NCBI GenBank assembly: GCA_964646255.1
Contig: CAZYDI010000001.1
Span: 35,213-99,212, forward strand
Length of the DNA stretch: 64,000 nt
Direction: 5' to 3'
DNA from: an uncultured Bacteroidales bacterium
Lineage (GTDB): Bacteria > Bacteroidota > Bacteroidia > Bacteroidales > UBA10428
Under the pieces are notes generated by a model. It did not search any database. It was not told where the DNA came from and saw only the letters and a list, made by a program, of their open reading frames with translations. This document shows, one piece after another, positions 19,193-29,767 of this stretch. A program made the position numbers and the translations under genes. Position 1 is the first letter of the stretch. The number at the start of each line of letters is the position of its first letter.

Positions 19193-19257
19193 CGGATTTT
19201 TGAACCCGAAGTTCAAAGCTGTTGTTGTATTCAAAGGAAAGTAAAAATGAAGCCGTT

Positions 19258-20049
19258 ATGAAAAAAGCAATATTTCTTATGTTGGTTCTGGCTGTTGGTT
19301 GCGCCGTTGCGCCTATAACCGGGCGTAAACAACTGCTGGTAATCCCTGCGGGGGAAATGCTATCCCTCAGTTCTGAAAGTTATGCACAGGTGCTAAAGGA
19401 AAGCAAGGTTTCAACAAACCAAAAGTATATTAATTCAGTTAGAAATGTAGGCGTCAGGCTTACTGCAGCTGTTAAACAATATATGCAGCAAAACAATCTT
19501 CAATCGAGCATCGAAGGCTATCAATGGCAATATACTGTTTTGCAATCCAAAGAGGTGAACGCATGGTGCATGCCCGGCGGGCAAATTGCCTTTTACGAAG
19601 GAATTATGCCTATTTGTGCCGATGACAATGGAATTGCTGTTGTCATGGGTCATGAAATAGCGCATGCCATTGCCCAGCACGGGAATGAACGTATGTCACA
19701 GCAATTAATGCTGCAAATGGGTGGAGTGGCATTATCGGAAGCCCTTAAAACCAGTAAAGAGACTACCCAGCAACTTGCCATGGCTGCATTTGGTGTAGGT
19801 TCGTCGTTGGGGGTTGTTCTACCCTACAGCCGCACTCATGAGTATGAAGCCGATGAACTGGGACTCTACTTTATGGCAATGGCTGGCTATGATCCACGAA
19901 CTGCCCCGGCATTTTGGGAAAGAATGGTCGCTCAGGGAGGTTCCGGTGCGCCGGAATTTTTATCCACCCATCCCGATCCCCAAAACCGTATCAGGGAAAT
20001 GAAACGCAAAATGAACAAAGCAATGGAATACTATTCGTCAGCTAAATAA
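19258..20049 (+). CDS. M48 family zinc metallopeptidase lipoprotein (the ORF could start at 19222)
   Basis: Lipobox LAVGC. HEIAHAIAQH (HExxH) with a downstream EYEAD. Confidence 0.85.
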   Translation: MKKAIFLMLVLAVGCAVAPITGRKQLLVIPAGEMLSLSSESYAQVLKESKVSTNQKYINSVRNVGVRLTAAVKQYMQQNNLQSSIEGYQWQYTVLQSKEVNAWCMPGGQIAFYEGIMPICADDNGIAVVMGHEIAHAIAQHGNERMSQQLMLQMGGVALSEALKTSKETTQQLAMAAFGVGSSLGVVLPYSRTHEYEADELGLYFMAMAGYDPRTAPAFWERMVAQGGSGAPEFLSTHPDPQNRIREMKRKMNKAMEYYSSAK

Positions 20050-20073
20050 TACTAACCCAATTATTTTAATCCT

Positions 20074-21955
20074 ATGAAAAAGATCTTTCCTGCATTGTTG
20101 ACCCTGCTTTCGCTTGTTTCCTGCAAGACTGCTGTGGAAATTCCGCGGTACACCATTGATCAGTTTTATAAGAACATCCGGATTTCTGGCGGCAGCTTTA
20201 ATACCGATGAGTCCAGGCTCCTGGTCAGTTCGGATAAATCAGGTATTTTCAATGTGTATGAGATCAACCTTGCCGATACCGGCATGCGACAGATTACCCA
20301 TTCCACCAATGAATCATTTTATGGTATAGATTACGTTCCCGGAACCAATGCCATCTTATATTCGGCAGATAAAGGGGGAAATGAAATTGACCATATCTAC
20401 CTTTACAATGAGGATGGAAGTTCACTGGACCTGACACCGGGTGAAAAGGAAAAGGCAAATTTTGCTGGTTGGAGCAAGGATAAAAAATCCATGTACTTCA
20501 CTTCCAATAAGCGTGATTCCAAGTATTTCGACCTGTATAAAATGAAAATTGGTGAATGGAAACCTGAGTTGGTTTATCAATATAAAGACGGACTTGATAT
20601 TGCAGGTTGGTCAGATGATGAGAATACGTTAGCCCTTCAGAAAGTTATTACATCCAGTGAAAACCAATTGTTTCTGCTTGACCGCAGTACGAATAAAATG
20701 GTAGAAATTTCTGATCCTGCATTACCAGGACAATACAACGCATCAGAATTCAGTGATGACGGAAAATACTTTTATTACATTACCGATGCCGGAAAGGAAT
20801 TTGCTTACCTTATGCAATATGAAATAGCATCCGGTAAAAGAACATCGCTCTATGAAACAAACTGGGATGTTATGTATAGCTATGTAAGTGAAAATGAAAA
20901 GTACAGGGTATTGGCCATAAACGAAGATGGAAAGAACACAATTGATCATTAAAGACAACCAGACAGGCGAAAACATCTCCTTCCCGCAAATACCTGATGG
21001 CAACATCACCAGTGTTGCCATATCCGATAGCGAAAGTCTCATGAGACTTTCTGTAGGTACTTCCATTTCCCCTACCAACCTGTATGTTTACAATTTTGAA
21101 ACCGGGGCACTGAAAAAACTAACGGAAACCCAAAATCCGGAAATTAACAAAGACCACCTGGTAGCTGCCGAAGTTGTTAGGTATAAATCATTTGACGACC
21201 TTGAAATTCCTTCTATTTATTACAAACCAATGATGGCCTCTCCGAAAAATAAAGTTCCCGCTTTGATATGGGTACATGGCGGACCCGGTGGCCAGTCGCG
21301 TATAGGCTATTCACCCCTGATTCAATTTCTGGTTAATAACGGATATGCAGTGTTAGCAGTAAACAACCGTGGGAGCAGTGGTTACGGAAAAACTTTCTTT
21401 ACCTTGGATGACCAAAACCATGGAGACAAGGATTTAAAGGATTGCATTGCGGGTAAGCATTGGCTGCAAAAGCAGAACTATATAGACACCGCTAACATCG
21501 GCATCCTTGGAGGAAGTTATGGCGGATTTATGACCATGGCTGCTATGACAACAACGCCCGATGAATTTAAGGCAGGAGTTAATTTATTCGGTGTTACCAA
21601 CTGGATAAGGACACTTAAATCAATTCCGCCATGGTGGGCATCATTTAAAGATGCTTTATACCAGGAAATGGGCGATCCTTATACGTCCGATTCAGTAAGG
21701 CTTTACAATATTTCACCGGTATTTCATGGCGACAAGGTGAAAAATCCGGTTATGGTACTTCAAGGAGCCAACGATCCAAGGGTTCTGCAGGTTGAATCGG
21801 ATGAAATGGTGGAGGCTATAAGAAAAAACAACGTCCCGGTTGAATACGTGATATTCCCCGATGAAGGGCATGGCTTTGTAAAAAAGGAAAACGAAATAAA
21901 AGGGTATAGCCAGATATTGGCTTTTCTCGATAAATACCTGAAAGAACAGGAATAA
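20074..21955 (+). pseudogene. S9 family prolyl oligopeptidase/dipeptidyl aminopeptidase lipoprotein, split by a +1 frame change near 20927-20952
   Basis: ORF 20074-20952 is the lipobox plus PD40/beta-propeller half. ORF 20927-21955 is the alpha/beta-hydrolase half (GGSYGGFM nucleophile, GANDPRV, DEGHGF). The two overlap by 26 nt in adjacent frames. Confidence 0.7.
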
Positions 21956-21958
21956 TAA

Positions 21959-21991
21959 GTACGGCCAGGTGTGCTTAAAGCCTGGCCATAC
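21959..21991. terminator. hairpin between convergent genes (S9 peptidase / DUF4249)
   Basis: GGCCAGG (21963-21969) pairs with CCTGGCC (21981-21987) and is extendable with one mismatch. A T-rich tract follows on the plus strand. Confidence 0.55.
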
Positions 21992-22002
21992 TTTTACTTA
22001 TA

Positions 22003-22872
22003 TCATCGCATATCTACTGCGATACCTGTTTTTTCTGAACTAAATATGGCGGCAAAATATCCGGTTGCATTTGGAATATTTCCTGTTGCGTTGGCCGGAG
22101 GACCGCTCATGCTGAATGCATTACCCGACTCATCAATCATTTTTAGGTCATTTATGTAATCATAGAATTTCTTTTCTACGGAAATAATGCGGAAACGTAT
22201 AAAATCATCTGGCATTACGTTATCCACGTACAGGATGAAATCATTATAGTTGCCGTTTGAAAACTCGTCATTGAAGGTTAGAATTTCTTTGGCGGTTTTT
22301 TGCAGGGGCACCTCATTGCTGAAAATCCTTGCCAGGTAATAGTTTTCCTCATCGACAGGCTCATAGCCGAAATAATAGATACCCAGGATGGTTGAGTCAA
22401 CATCTTCTTCATCTTCCTGTATATCCAATATAGGCATTTCATACACTTCACACAAGATGGTATCCAGTTCAATGCCACGCGGCATAAGGGTAGTAGCAGA
22501 ATAGTCGGAGAACCCGCTTACCGGTGTTTCCAAATGGATATCCAAAACATAGGTTTTTGTTGGTTCTCCTGTAAAAGCTTCATCAGAAATATACAATCCG
22601 GGCCGGGAATTGCTTTCACTATAAGTATATACCTGGCTTCCTGAGGTAACCATAACGGTGGCTCCAGATACTGCTGGCGGCTGACCGGTATTGAAATAAT
22701 CGGTTGTAAGTGTCAGCATTATGGTTTGATGCCTGGGCGAATTGACAATGGTTCCGTCAACATTGAGTTTGTCAGGATAATCATCCAGTTTCCAGCTAAT
22801 TTCCTCTTCCATTTCATTGCATGAAAGCATTGCAAGGGCTGCGAATATTATATATACAAAAGGTTTCATCAT
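22003..22872 (-). CDS. DUF4249 family lipoprotein (second copy)
   Basis: I chose the internal start MMKPFVYIIFAALAMLSCNE (lipobox), 16 nt after the TonB-receptor stop. The longer ORF to 23022 would overlap the receptor. LNVDGTIVNSPRHQTIMLTLT is a family-like N-terminus. Confidence 0.65.
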   Translation of the reverse strand: MMKPFVYIIFAALAMLSCNEMEEEISWKLDDYPDKLNVDGTIVNSPRHQTIMLTLTTDYFNTGQPPAVSGATVMVTSGSQVYTYSESNSRPGLYISDEAFTGEPTKTYVLDIHLETPVSGFSDYSATTLMPRGIELDTILCEVYEMPILDIQEDEEDVDSTILGIYYFGYEPVDEENYYLARIFSNEVPLQKTAKEILTFNDEFSNGNYNDFILYVDNVMPDDFIRFRIISVEKKFYDYINDLKMIDESGNAFSMSGPPANATGNIPNATGYFAAIFSSEKTGIAVDMR

Positions 22873-22888
22873 TGCTGTATTTTTGAGG

Positions 22889-25291
22889 TTAGAAAGAAAA
22901 GTTCCATGAAACAGATGGCATAAAGCCAAGGAAGTTTTGCTTATAAGCATGGGTAATGTTTTCATTGTCTTCATCGGGTTTGAAATATATCGAAATCGGA
23001 TTGGTGCGGTTATACACATCAAATACGGACAGGACTAACTCATTGTGAAACCGCCGGTTTGGCTTTTCCTTGCTTTTCCATGTTACGCTCAAATCAAGCC
23101 GGTGGTATAAAGGCATACGGTCTTTGTTGCGTCCTGCATAATAGGGCACTACCACACTTCCGCTGCTTATTAGAGAATCGCCGTAATAATAGGTTCTTTT
23201 AACGGGTGAAGTAAAAGGCCTGCCTGATTTAAGCTGGAAATTGGCCGATACCGAAAGTCGCTTGCTTATTTCATACATAGCCACCACCGATAAATCATGC
23301 GGCCTGTCAAATGAGGATAAATACCATCCCTTTTCCTGAATATCCTTTGTTTTTTTCTCGGTCTTCGATAATGTATAACTTATCCAGCCGGTAAGATCAC
23401 CGGTGGATTTCTTAACAAACAACTCCAGGCCATAGGAACGGCCTTTGCCAAACCTGAAGTCTTCGTCCATTCTCTCATTGAACTGTGGTGTTGCAAATTC
23501 ACGGAATTCAATCTGATTTTGCATATCCTTATAATACACTTCCACCGATGCCTCTATCAGGTTGTTTTTCGAATTGTGGAAGAATCCTATGCTGTACAGG
23601 TCTGCCAACTGTGGTTTAATGTTTGTGCCTGAGCCGACCCAGATATCCAGAAGTGAACCTACACTTGAGTTGGAAGCAACATGTACAAATTGACTGGTAC
23701 GGCTGTATCCGGCCTTTATGGCATTGTTGGAATTAAGCTTCAGGTTCATGCCAATCCTTGGTTCAAAGGATTGATAATGGTTATATATGTCTCCTTCACC
23801 ATAATGGGCTGTATCATAAGTTGCGTAAGCATCGTTCAGCAGGAACACATCGGTCTTGCCCATGTTTTGAAATAAAGCGTACCTAAAGCCGTACTCAAGT
23901 GTAAGGTTGGGAGTTACCTTATATTCATCTGAAATATACCCTGCATGCTCAAGCGCTTTGTTCTGTGGCATGATGTAATCAAACCGTGATGTATCATTGT
24001 ACCCGATAACTTCGCCGGGATTAAATTTGTGCAGCGTACTGATCCATCCGGCCCTTAATGTATGCTTTTCCCCGGCAAAATAGTCAAAATCGAGTTTTGC
24101 TGAATAATCGAGCAAATCAGCATCCCAATCGAATGACACCTCTTTTTGAGGCTCACTGTAACTGATGCTGTTGCCAAAAGAGTAATTATAATTGCTCACC
24201 AGCAAGGTTAAATTGCCAAATAACTTCTCCGAAGGAATATAGTTCCACCTGAACGTACCTGTATAATTTCCCCATTTGAACCGGTTTTCGAGGGCATCAT
24301 TTTCCGAATCCAATTCAAAAACATCTTTTCCAAAATATCCCGAAAGATAAACCCGGTTTTTTGGGTTAACCTGATAATTGGCTTTCAGGTTCAAATCATA
24401 AAAGTAATAGGGAACAACAGGAATGGTGTCATCCAGTTTATTCATGGCCTTGGTAAGAAGATCAATATATGCCCTGCGCCCCGAAATAAAAAATGATCCT
24501 CTGTCTTTTACAATGGGCCCTTCTACGGTGAGCCTGCTCGACAGGGTTCCTATGCCTCCTGATACCCCGAAATTTTTTCTGTTTCCGTCCTTCATGCGCA
24601 TATCAATTACCGATGATAACCGGCCTCCATACTGCGCAGGCATATTGCCCTTGTAAAATTCCATATTCTGAATGGCATCATTGTTAAACACTGAGAGCAG
24701 GTTTCCAAGATGACTGGCATTGTAAACGGTAGCTTCATCAAGCATTATCAGGTTCTGATCGCGTCCTCCTCCGCGCACACTTATTGTTGACCCGCCATCA
24801 TCACTGGATTTTACCCCCGGTAGCAGTACAAGGGTTTTCAGAACATCGGCCTCACCATAGGCAACAGGAATCTGTTTGAGGGTTTTGGCAGATAGTGTAA
24901 CCACTGCCATTTTGGTTGAATTAACATTCTCCTGTGCCTTTTCGGCCTTGATTACAACCTCTCCCAGTTGCTGAGCCTTTTCTGTGAGTTCAAAATTTAC
25001 GGCGATGGATTGCTTCAAATCAATTATGGTATCAATTGTCTCGTACCCCAGATAACTTACCATAAGGTTGTATTCACCGGGTGCCAGGCTGAGGGAATAA
25101 AAGCCATAAGCATTGGTGATTACGCCAATGGTGGTATTATTGACGTACACTCCCACTCCAATCAGTGTTTCGCCATTTTTCCTATCCGTAATGTTTCCGC
25201 TGATGGTAATTTTTTGAGCATTCAAATAACAACCAACCGATAACAACAGTAGACCAAAGAATGGTCGTAAAATCTTTTTCATCATATTCAA
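22889..25291 (-). CDS. TonB-dependent receptor with an N-terminal carboxypeptidase-regulatory-like domain (no STN domain)
   Basis: ITISGNITDRKNGETLIGVGVYV...NAYGFYSL. Plug region GEADVLKTLVLLPGV, ISVRGG. 800 aa. C-terminal beta-barrel ends in ...SWNFSF. Confidence 0.85.
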   Translation of the reverse strand: MNMMKKILRPFFGLLLLSVGCYLNAQKITISGNITDRKNGETLIGVGVYVNNTTIGVITNAYGFYSLSLAPGEYNLMVSYLGYETIDTIIDLKQSIAVNFELTEKAQQLGEVVIKAEKAQENVNSTKMAVVTLSAKTLKQIPVAYGEADVLKTLVLLPGVKSSDDGGSTISVRGGGRDQNLIMLDEATVYNASHLGNLLSVFNNDAIQNMEFYKGNMPAQYGGRLSSVIDMRMKDGNRKNFGVSGGIGTLSSRLTVEGPIVKDRGSFFISGRRAYIDLLTKAMNKLDDTIPVVPYYFYDLNLKANYQVNPKNRVYLSGYFGKDVFELDSENDALENRFKWGNYTGTFRWNYIPSEKLFGNLTLLVSNYNYSFGNSISYSEPQKEVSFDWDADLLDYSAKLDFDYFAGEKHTLRAGWISTLHKFNPGEVIGYNDTSRFDYIMPQNKALEHAGYISDEYKVTPNLTLEYGFRYALFQNMGKTDVFLLNDAYATYDTAHYGEGDIYNHYQSFEPRIGMNLKLNSNNAIKAGYSRTSQFVHVASNSSVGSLLDIWVGSGTNIKPQLADLYSIGFFHNSKNNLIEASVEVYYKDMQNQIEFREFATPQFNERMDEDFRFGKGRSYGLELFVKKSTGDLTGWISYTLSKTEKKTKDIQEKGWYLSSFDRPHDLSVVAMYEISKRLSVSANFQLKSGRPFTSPVKRTYYYGDSLISSGSVVVPYYAGRNKDRMPLYHRLDLSVTWKSKEKPNRRFHNELVLSVFDVYNRTNPISIYFKPDEDNENITHAYKQNFLGFMPSVSWNFSF

Positions 25292-25369
25292 TACTGGTTT
25301 AACTTAATTTTTCACATATGACAAAAACATTGAAAGAAACCCTACCTCTGCCTGGCAAAATAACAACAC

Positions 25370-26179
25370 TTAAGGAATGGCAACGATTACGACTTCTTTT
25401 CTGATAACTGCTGATACCTGGAAATAACCCGGAGTCCATGGTTCAAATAGTGCGGGTAAGTTGGTCTGGTAACTGATGTGACTTAAATCAAGTGAAAATA
25501 CCTGGTAACTCAGCTTGAAATAATAATCGAACAATTCTTTTGACAGGGTATAAAGCCTGATATCCATCGTATCATTTACCTGTAACGGTATATTTATGGA
25601 CAATCCTTTCAGTTGATCTACGTAGTTATCCTGGAATATGTAGAGCTCACTCCCGTGGGTTATCCTCGATCCGTTGGTATCCACATCAACAAGGTAATAT
25701 CCTGTAAGGTTAGCAGGGTGCTTCTTTAGGTCGAAATACACATAATAAGCAGAATCCTTGCTTTCGGGAGGTTTATCATATTTGTAATATACCGAATCAA
25801 GGCTGCCCCTCTCCTGTATCGATCCCGTTGAAACATAAGTAATTCCGGCCAAAGTTACTTCAAGGGTATACTCAACCCCAGGGCAGGCAGCAAAAACGCT
25901 GCTATTATACCATCCGTTCTCATCGTAACTGAATGAAAAGGTTTCTCCTTCCGATGAACAGATAATAACATCGGCATCTGAAACAGCACTGTAAGCCAAA
26001 CTATCGTTCAGGTTTGTACTGTAAGTAACCCTTACTTTCTGGACTTCTTCACTGTCTGTTAGTATGGCTTCAATCACAGGCAAAGCAGAATAATCATCCT
26101 GGTCGGGAAACCGGACAACATCTTCACAGGCTATGTGCGTTAAAAACAGCAACAGAAAATATACAGGCTTACCCTTCAT
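25370..26179 (-). CDS. DUF4249 family lipoprotein (first copy)
   Basis: Lipobox THIAC. LPVIEAILTDSEEVQKVRVTYS. 4-nt overlap with the upstream receptor gene. Confidence 0.65.
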   Translation of the reverse strand: MKGKPVYFLLLFLTHIACEDVVRFPDQDDYSALPVIEAILTDSEEVQKVRVTYSTNLNDSLAYSAVSDADVIICSSEGETFSFSYDENGWYNSSVFAACPGVEYTLEVTLAGITYVSTGSIQERGSLDSVYYKYDKPPESKDSAYYVYFDLKKHPANLTGYYLVDVDTNGSRITHGSELYIFQDNYVDQLKGLSINIPLQVNDTMDIRLYTLSKELFDYYFKLSYQVFSLDLSHISYQTNLPALFEPWTPGYFQVSAVIRKEVVIVAIP

Positions 26180-28740
26180 TTTCCAAATTTAAATTCATAG
26201 GCAACCGATGGAAAAAAATTAAAAAAGTAATACCCCATCATGCTGAACGAGCGTGTATGGTAATCACTGTTGGGGTTCTTTCCGGTATCACCATCTGCAA
26301 CATCACTATAGCTGTAAAAAACCGGATTTCTTCGCGAGTAAACATTGTACAACATAAGGGTAAGATGATGCCTGAATGGCATTTTTTTCCCAAGGCCATA
26401 CCGCACACTTAAATCCAGCCGGTGATAATCGGGCATTCTTCTGTTGTACAAATGATCCTGATCATACAGCGGAACCGAACGCCCCCTGAGTTCGTATTTT
26501 CCAACCGGCAATGAATAGGGGTTTCCACTCATGTAGACCCAGTTTGAAGAGATATCGGTTCTTCGGCCTGCCTTAAAGTTTACACTCAACACCAGATCAT
26601 GCCGGCGATCATAATAGGCAAAATAATAGCTTCCTGAATTTATTTCACTTTCCTTGCGCAGGGTTTTTGACAGGGTATAGCTCATCATGCCGGTAAAACG
26701 GCCCGAAAGCTTTCGGAGTGAAACCTCTCCCCCAAAGGATTTGATGGTACCATGCCCCGGCGTAAAATCGATATCACGTTCAAAAAAGATATTATCGGTA
26801 ACGGGAAGCCGGTATTGGTTATGATAAATAGAATAGTATGCTTCTACGGAAAGTTCGATTTGCTGATTTTCGGGCGAACAAAAAATACCCGTAGTAATAT
26901 GATCGGCATATTGCGGTTTCAGTTGTGTTCCTGCCATCATGTATTTGTCGAATGGAAGCAATAGCTCAAATACCCCGATCCCGTGGTGATACTGATAATT
27001 TCTCGAATAGGCCGACTTTACCGATATTTCCGGATTAAATGAATACGTTAAGCCTAATCCCGGTTCAGGCCGAAGATAATTTTTCACCTTTGGCGGATAT
27101 TTACGGTAAGCGTAATTCACTTTCAATCCCAGGTCAGCATACAATTCCCTGAACAGATGAAATGTCCCCTGTATATATGATCCGTAAAGATTCTGGCGAT
27201 ATACATGGGGATCTCCGGCAATAAGGTTGCTTCGCAAAACGGTTCCTGTTATATTCGCCGGTGGAAGAAAGTTATACCGAACGTTAATTCCAAAGTTGAG
27301 CTTATTGTTTTTGGGCGTATACCAGCTTATATCATATTTAGCATTGAAATTGCGAATACGGATCAGAAGTTGTGAAACCTCATCTTCCCCTGTCTGGGTG
27401 TCAAACGCATGCTTATACCAGCTTCCCGTCATGCATAAATTCGAAAATACATTCTCGGAAAAAAGATGATTCCACCGGGTCGATAAGAAAGAATTTCCCC
27501 ACCGAACACCACCGTTGTCATCAATTAGGTCCTTTCCTGAATAGGAAGAAAAATAAAACCGGTTATTTCTGTTCAGGGTATAGTTTATCTTGGCATTAAG
27601 ATCATAGAAATATATTTTCCCCATGTCAATTACATCTTCAAGCCTGAAGAGGCGGATAACCTGATCCATATATGTACGGCGGGCCGAAAAAATAAATGAA
27701 GCTTTGTTCTTTACTACCGGGCCTTCCAGGGTTATCCGGCTGGTAATCGTTCCTATGCTTCCTGATGCATTAAAATGCTGATTATTGCCATCCCTTAAAC
27801 GGATATCGATTACAGACGCCAGGGAACCACTGCTTTTACCGGGCAAATGGCCTTTAAATAACCTTACTTCCTTTACCGCATCGGGATTTATTGTTGAGAA
27901 CCACCCCGAAAAATGAAACATATTATACATGGGTGCATCATCAATGATAAATGATGTATGCTGCGGCATACCTCCACGCACAAAAAGTCCGTTCAATCCT
28001 TCTGTAGTGGTTTGCACTCCGGGCATCATCTTAATGAATTGCAAAACATCGTTTTCACTTAGCATAGCTGCATACGACCGCATAAGTGAAGAAGGTGCAA
28101 TATCAGTGCCAGCTTTAAGGTTCACTGTCCGGTTCAATTGACCCGATTCTAATCTCACCGCTTCGATGGCCTTAACATACGGAATCATGGAAAAATTCAA
28201 AATGGTGTTTTCCTTGACTTCAATTTCCCGTATTATGGGTTCATAGCCAACATAACTGCAACGAATGATGTATTTGGATAGGTCAAGTGCATAGGAAAAA
28301 TAACCATACGCATTGGTGACGGTACCATAGGTAGTTCCTTCAATTACTATGGCAGCCCCGATAAGACGCTCCCCTGTAAGGGAATCCTGAATATATCCTG
28401 AAATCCTCCCGGCATTGCTTGTCAATGGTTTCTTAAAGAGAATTACCTGGTCACCATTAATCTGAAAATCTACTGATGCCCTGGAACAGATTTCGCTTAT
28501 GGCATCAATGAAGGGTTTGTTTGTGCAAATAATGGATATCCGTGTATGTAAAGGGATATGACTTGAACTGTAGTAGAAATTAACCTGATACTGTTGATGC
28601 AGTTGAAGCAATATTTCTTCAAAGGTTTTATCCCTGATATCCAGGGTAATGGTTTCAGGTAAGCTGTTTTGCTGAGGGTAAGCCGTTAAAGGCAGGAATG
28701 CAACAATAAGTGTAAATAAGAAGAATAACCGCATGCGCAA
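26176..28740 (-). CDS. TonB-dependent receptor/transducer with an N-terminal STN signalling domain plus a carboxypeptidase-regulatory-like domain
   Basis: STN-like ITLDIRDKTFEEILLQLHQQYQVNFYYSS...DAISEICSRASVDFQINGDQVILF. Then ISGYIQDSLTGERLIGAAIVIEG...NAYGYFS. Plug region NDVLQFIKMMPGV, FVRGG. Confidence 0.85.
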   Translation of the reverse strand: MRMRLFFLFTLIVAFLPLTAYPQQNSLPETITLDIRDKTFEEILLQLHQQYQVNFYYSSSHIPLHTRISIICTNKPFIDAISEICSRASVDFQINGDQVILFKKPLTSNAGRISGYIQDSLTGERLIGAAIVIEGTTYGTVTNAYGYFSYALDLSKYIIRCSYVGYEPIIREIEVKENTILNFSMIPYVKAIEAVRLESGQLNRTVNLKAGTDIAPSSLMRSYAAMLSENDVLQFIKMMPGVQTTTEGLNGLFVRGGMPQHTSFIIDDAPMYNMFHFSGWFSTINPDAVKEVRLFKGHLPGKSSGSLASVIDIRLRDGNNQHFNASGSIGTITSRITLEGPVVKNKASFIFSARRTYMDQVIRLFRLEDVIDMGKIYFYDLNAKINYTLNRNNRFYFSSYSGKDLIDDNGGVRWGNSFLSTRWNHLFSENVFSNLCMTGSWYKHAFDTQTGEDEVSQLLIRIRNFNAKYDISWYTPKNNKLNFGINVRYNFLPPANITGTVLRSNLIAGDPHVYRQNLYGSYIQGTFHLFRELYADLGLKVNYAYRKYPPKVKNYLRPEPGLGLTYSFNPEISVKSAYSRNYQYHHGIGVFELLLPFDKYMMAGTQLKPQYADHITTGIFCSPENQQIELSVEAYYSIYHNQYRLPVTDNIFFERDIDFTPGHGTIKSFGGEVSLRKLSGRFTGMMSYTLSKTLRKESEINSGSYYFAYYDRRHDLVLSVNFKAGRRTDISSNWVYMSGNPYSLPVGKYELRGRSVPLYDQDHLYNRRMPDYHRLDLSVRYGLGKKMPFRHHLTLMLYNVYSRRNPVFYSYSDVADGDTGKNPNSDYHTRSFSMMGYYFFNFFPSVAYEFKFGK

Positions 28741-28768
28741 ATATAATATTTACCTCAATTGGTAAATA

Positions 28769-29752
28769 TCAGTTACATGAATGGCCGCTAACGAAAAACT
28801 GTTCCCCGTCGCCGGTGACATCGCCACCGGTGGCCACAGCAATCACATTCAATATGTTATTTAATTGCGGATCGCTAAATTCTCCCGAGAAAAGACAGGT
28901 TTCGATAGAGTCGGAAAATGTCAGGGCAACATTAAAATAGTTTTCCAGGTCTTCCCTCACAAGGCCAAGCGGCGTATTATCAAAGGAAAGAAGGTTGCGC
29001 ACCCGGGCAGCAGCATTTTTTGACGGCTCAATTTCTTTAATGATCCTTTTTTCATCATTATACAACATGGCTCTTTCACCGGCCTTAAGGTTTAATTGGT
29101 TGCGCTCCTTATTCTTCGCATAAAACAATACCCTGCCTTCGTCCACTACTACCCTGGTAATTGAGTCTGAGCTGTTTTCAACCAGGAATTTTGTCCCCAT
29201 AACCTGTATGTAAGAAGTTCCTGCATCAACCCGGAATTTGGTTCCGTTTTTTGCCACTTCAAAATACACTTCGCCTTTCGATCGCACCAGCCGGTGTTTT
29301 ACCATGTTGTTTGGATAACGTATTTCCGCATTGGTACCAAGCCATATTTGAGTGCTGTCAGGCAGAATAACATGTTTTCGTTCATCAACGGATGCAACCG
29401 TGATCCATTGCTTACCCGAACTCTTGTTAAAAAGGGTGATCCCCGCCACCGAAAGCATAATGAGCGGAACCAATACAGCTGCAATTTTCAAGACAATATT
29501 CCGGGGCGACATATGAATTTGCCGGGCATCAGGATAATCGCTTTTTAACCTGCTAAATTTCTGCCATTCCAGGTCGATATTGACATTGATATTCTCATGG
29601 TTACCCGAAAGATTCCATATAGCCGACAGTTCTTCATAGGTTTTTTTGTTCTCAGGAGAATCTGCAATCCATGCATTCAAAATGGCCAGGTTCTCTGCTG
29701 AGATTTTGCCCCTAAGCTGATCTGCTATAATATGGTAAATTTCTGTTTTCAC
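28769..29752 (-). CDS. FecR family anti-sigma factor / transmembrane sensor
   Basis: N-terminal anti-sigma region, a single TM segment (IAAVLVPLIMLSVAGITLF) and a FecR domain (VILPDSTQIWLGTNAEI...QVMGTKFLVEN). Confidence 0.85.
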   Translation of the reverse strand: MKTEIYHIIADQLRGKISAENLAILNAWIADSPENKKTYEELSAIWNLSGNHENINVNIDLEWQKFSRLKSDYPDARQIHMSPRNIVLKIAAVLVPLIMLSVAGITLFNKSSGKQWITVASVDERKHVILPDSTQIWLGTNAEIRYPNNMVKHRLVRSKGEVYFEVAKNGTKFRVDAGTSYIQVMGTKFLVENSSDSITRVVVDEGRVLFYAKNKERNQLNLKAGERAMLYNDEKRIIKEIEPSKNAAARVRNLLSFDNTPLGLVREDLENYFNVALTFSDSIETCLFSGEFSDPQLNNILNVIAVATGGDVTGDGEQFFVSGHSCN

Positions 29753-29767
29753 CCTTCCTGGATTATC

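Noticed and set aside
22873-23022. A 50-codon N-terminal extension of the second DUF4249 ORF (track start 23022)
   Set aside because: The extension overlaps the 3' end of the TonB-receptor gene and lacks a signal peptide. The internal Met at 22872 gives a proper lipoprotein signal 16 nt after the receptor stop.
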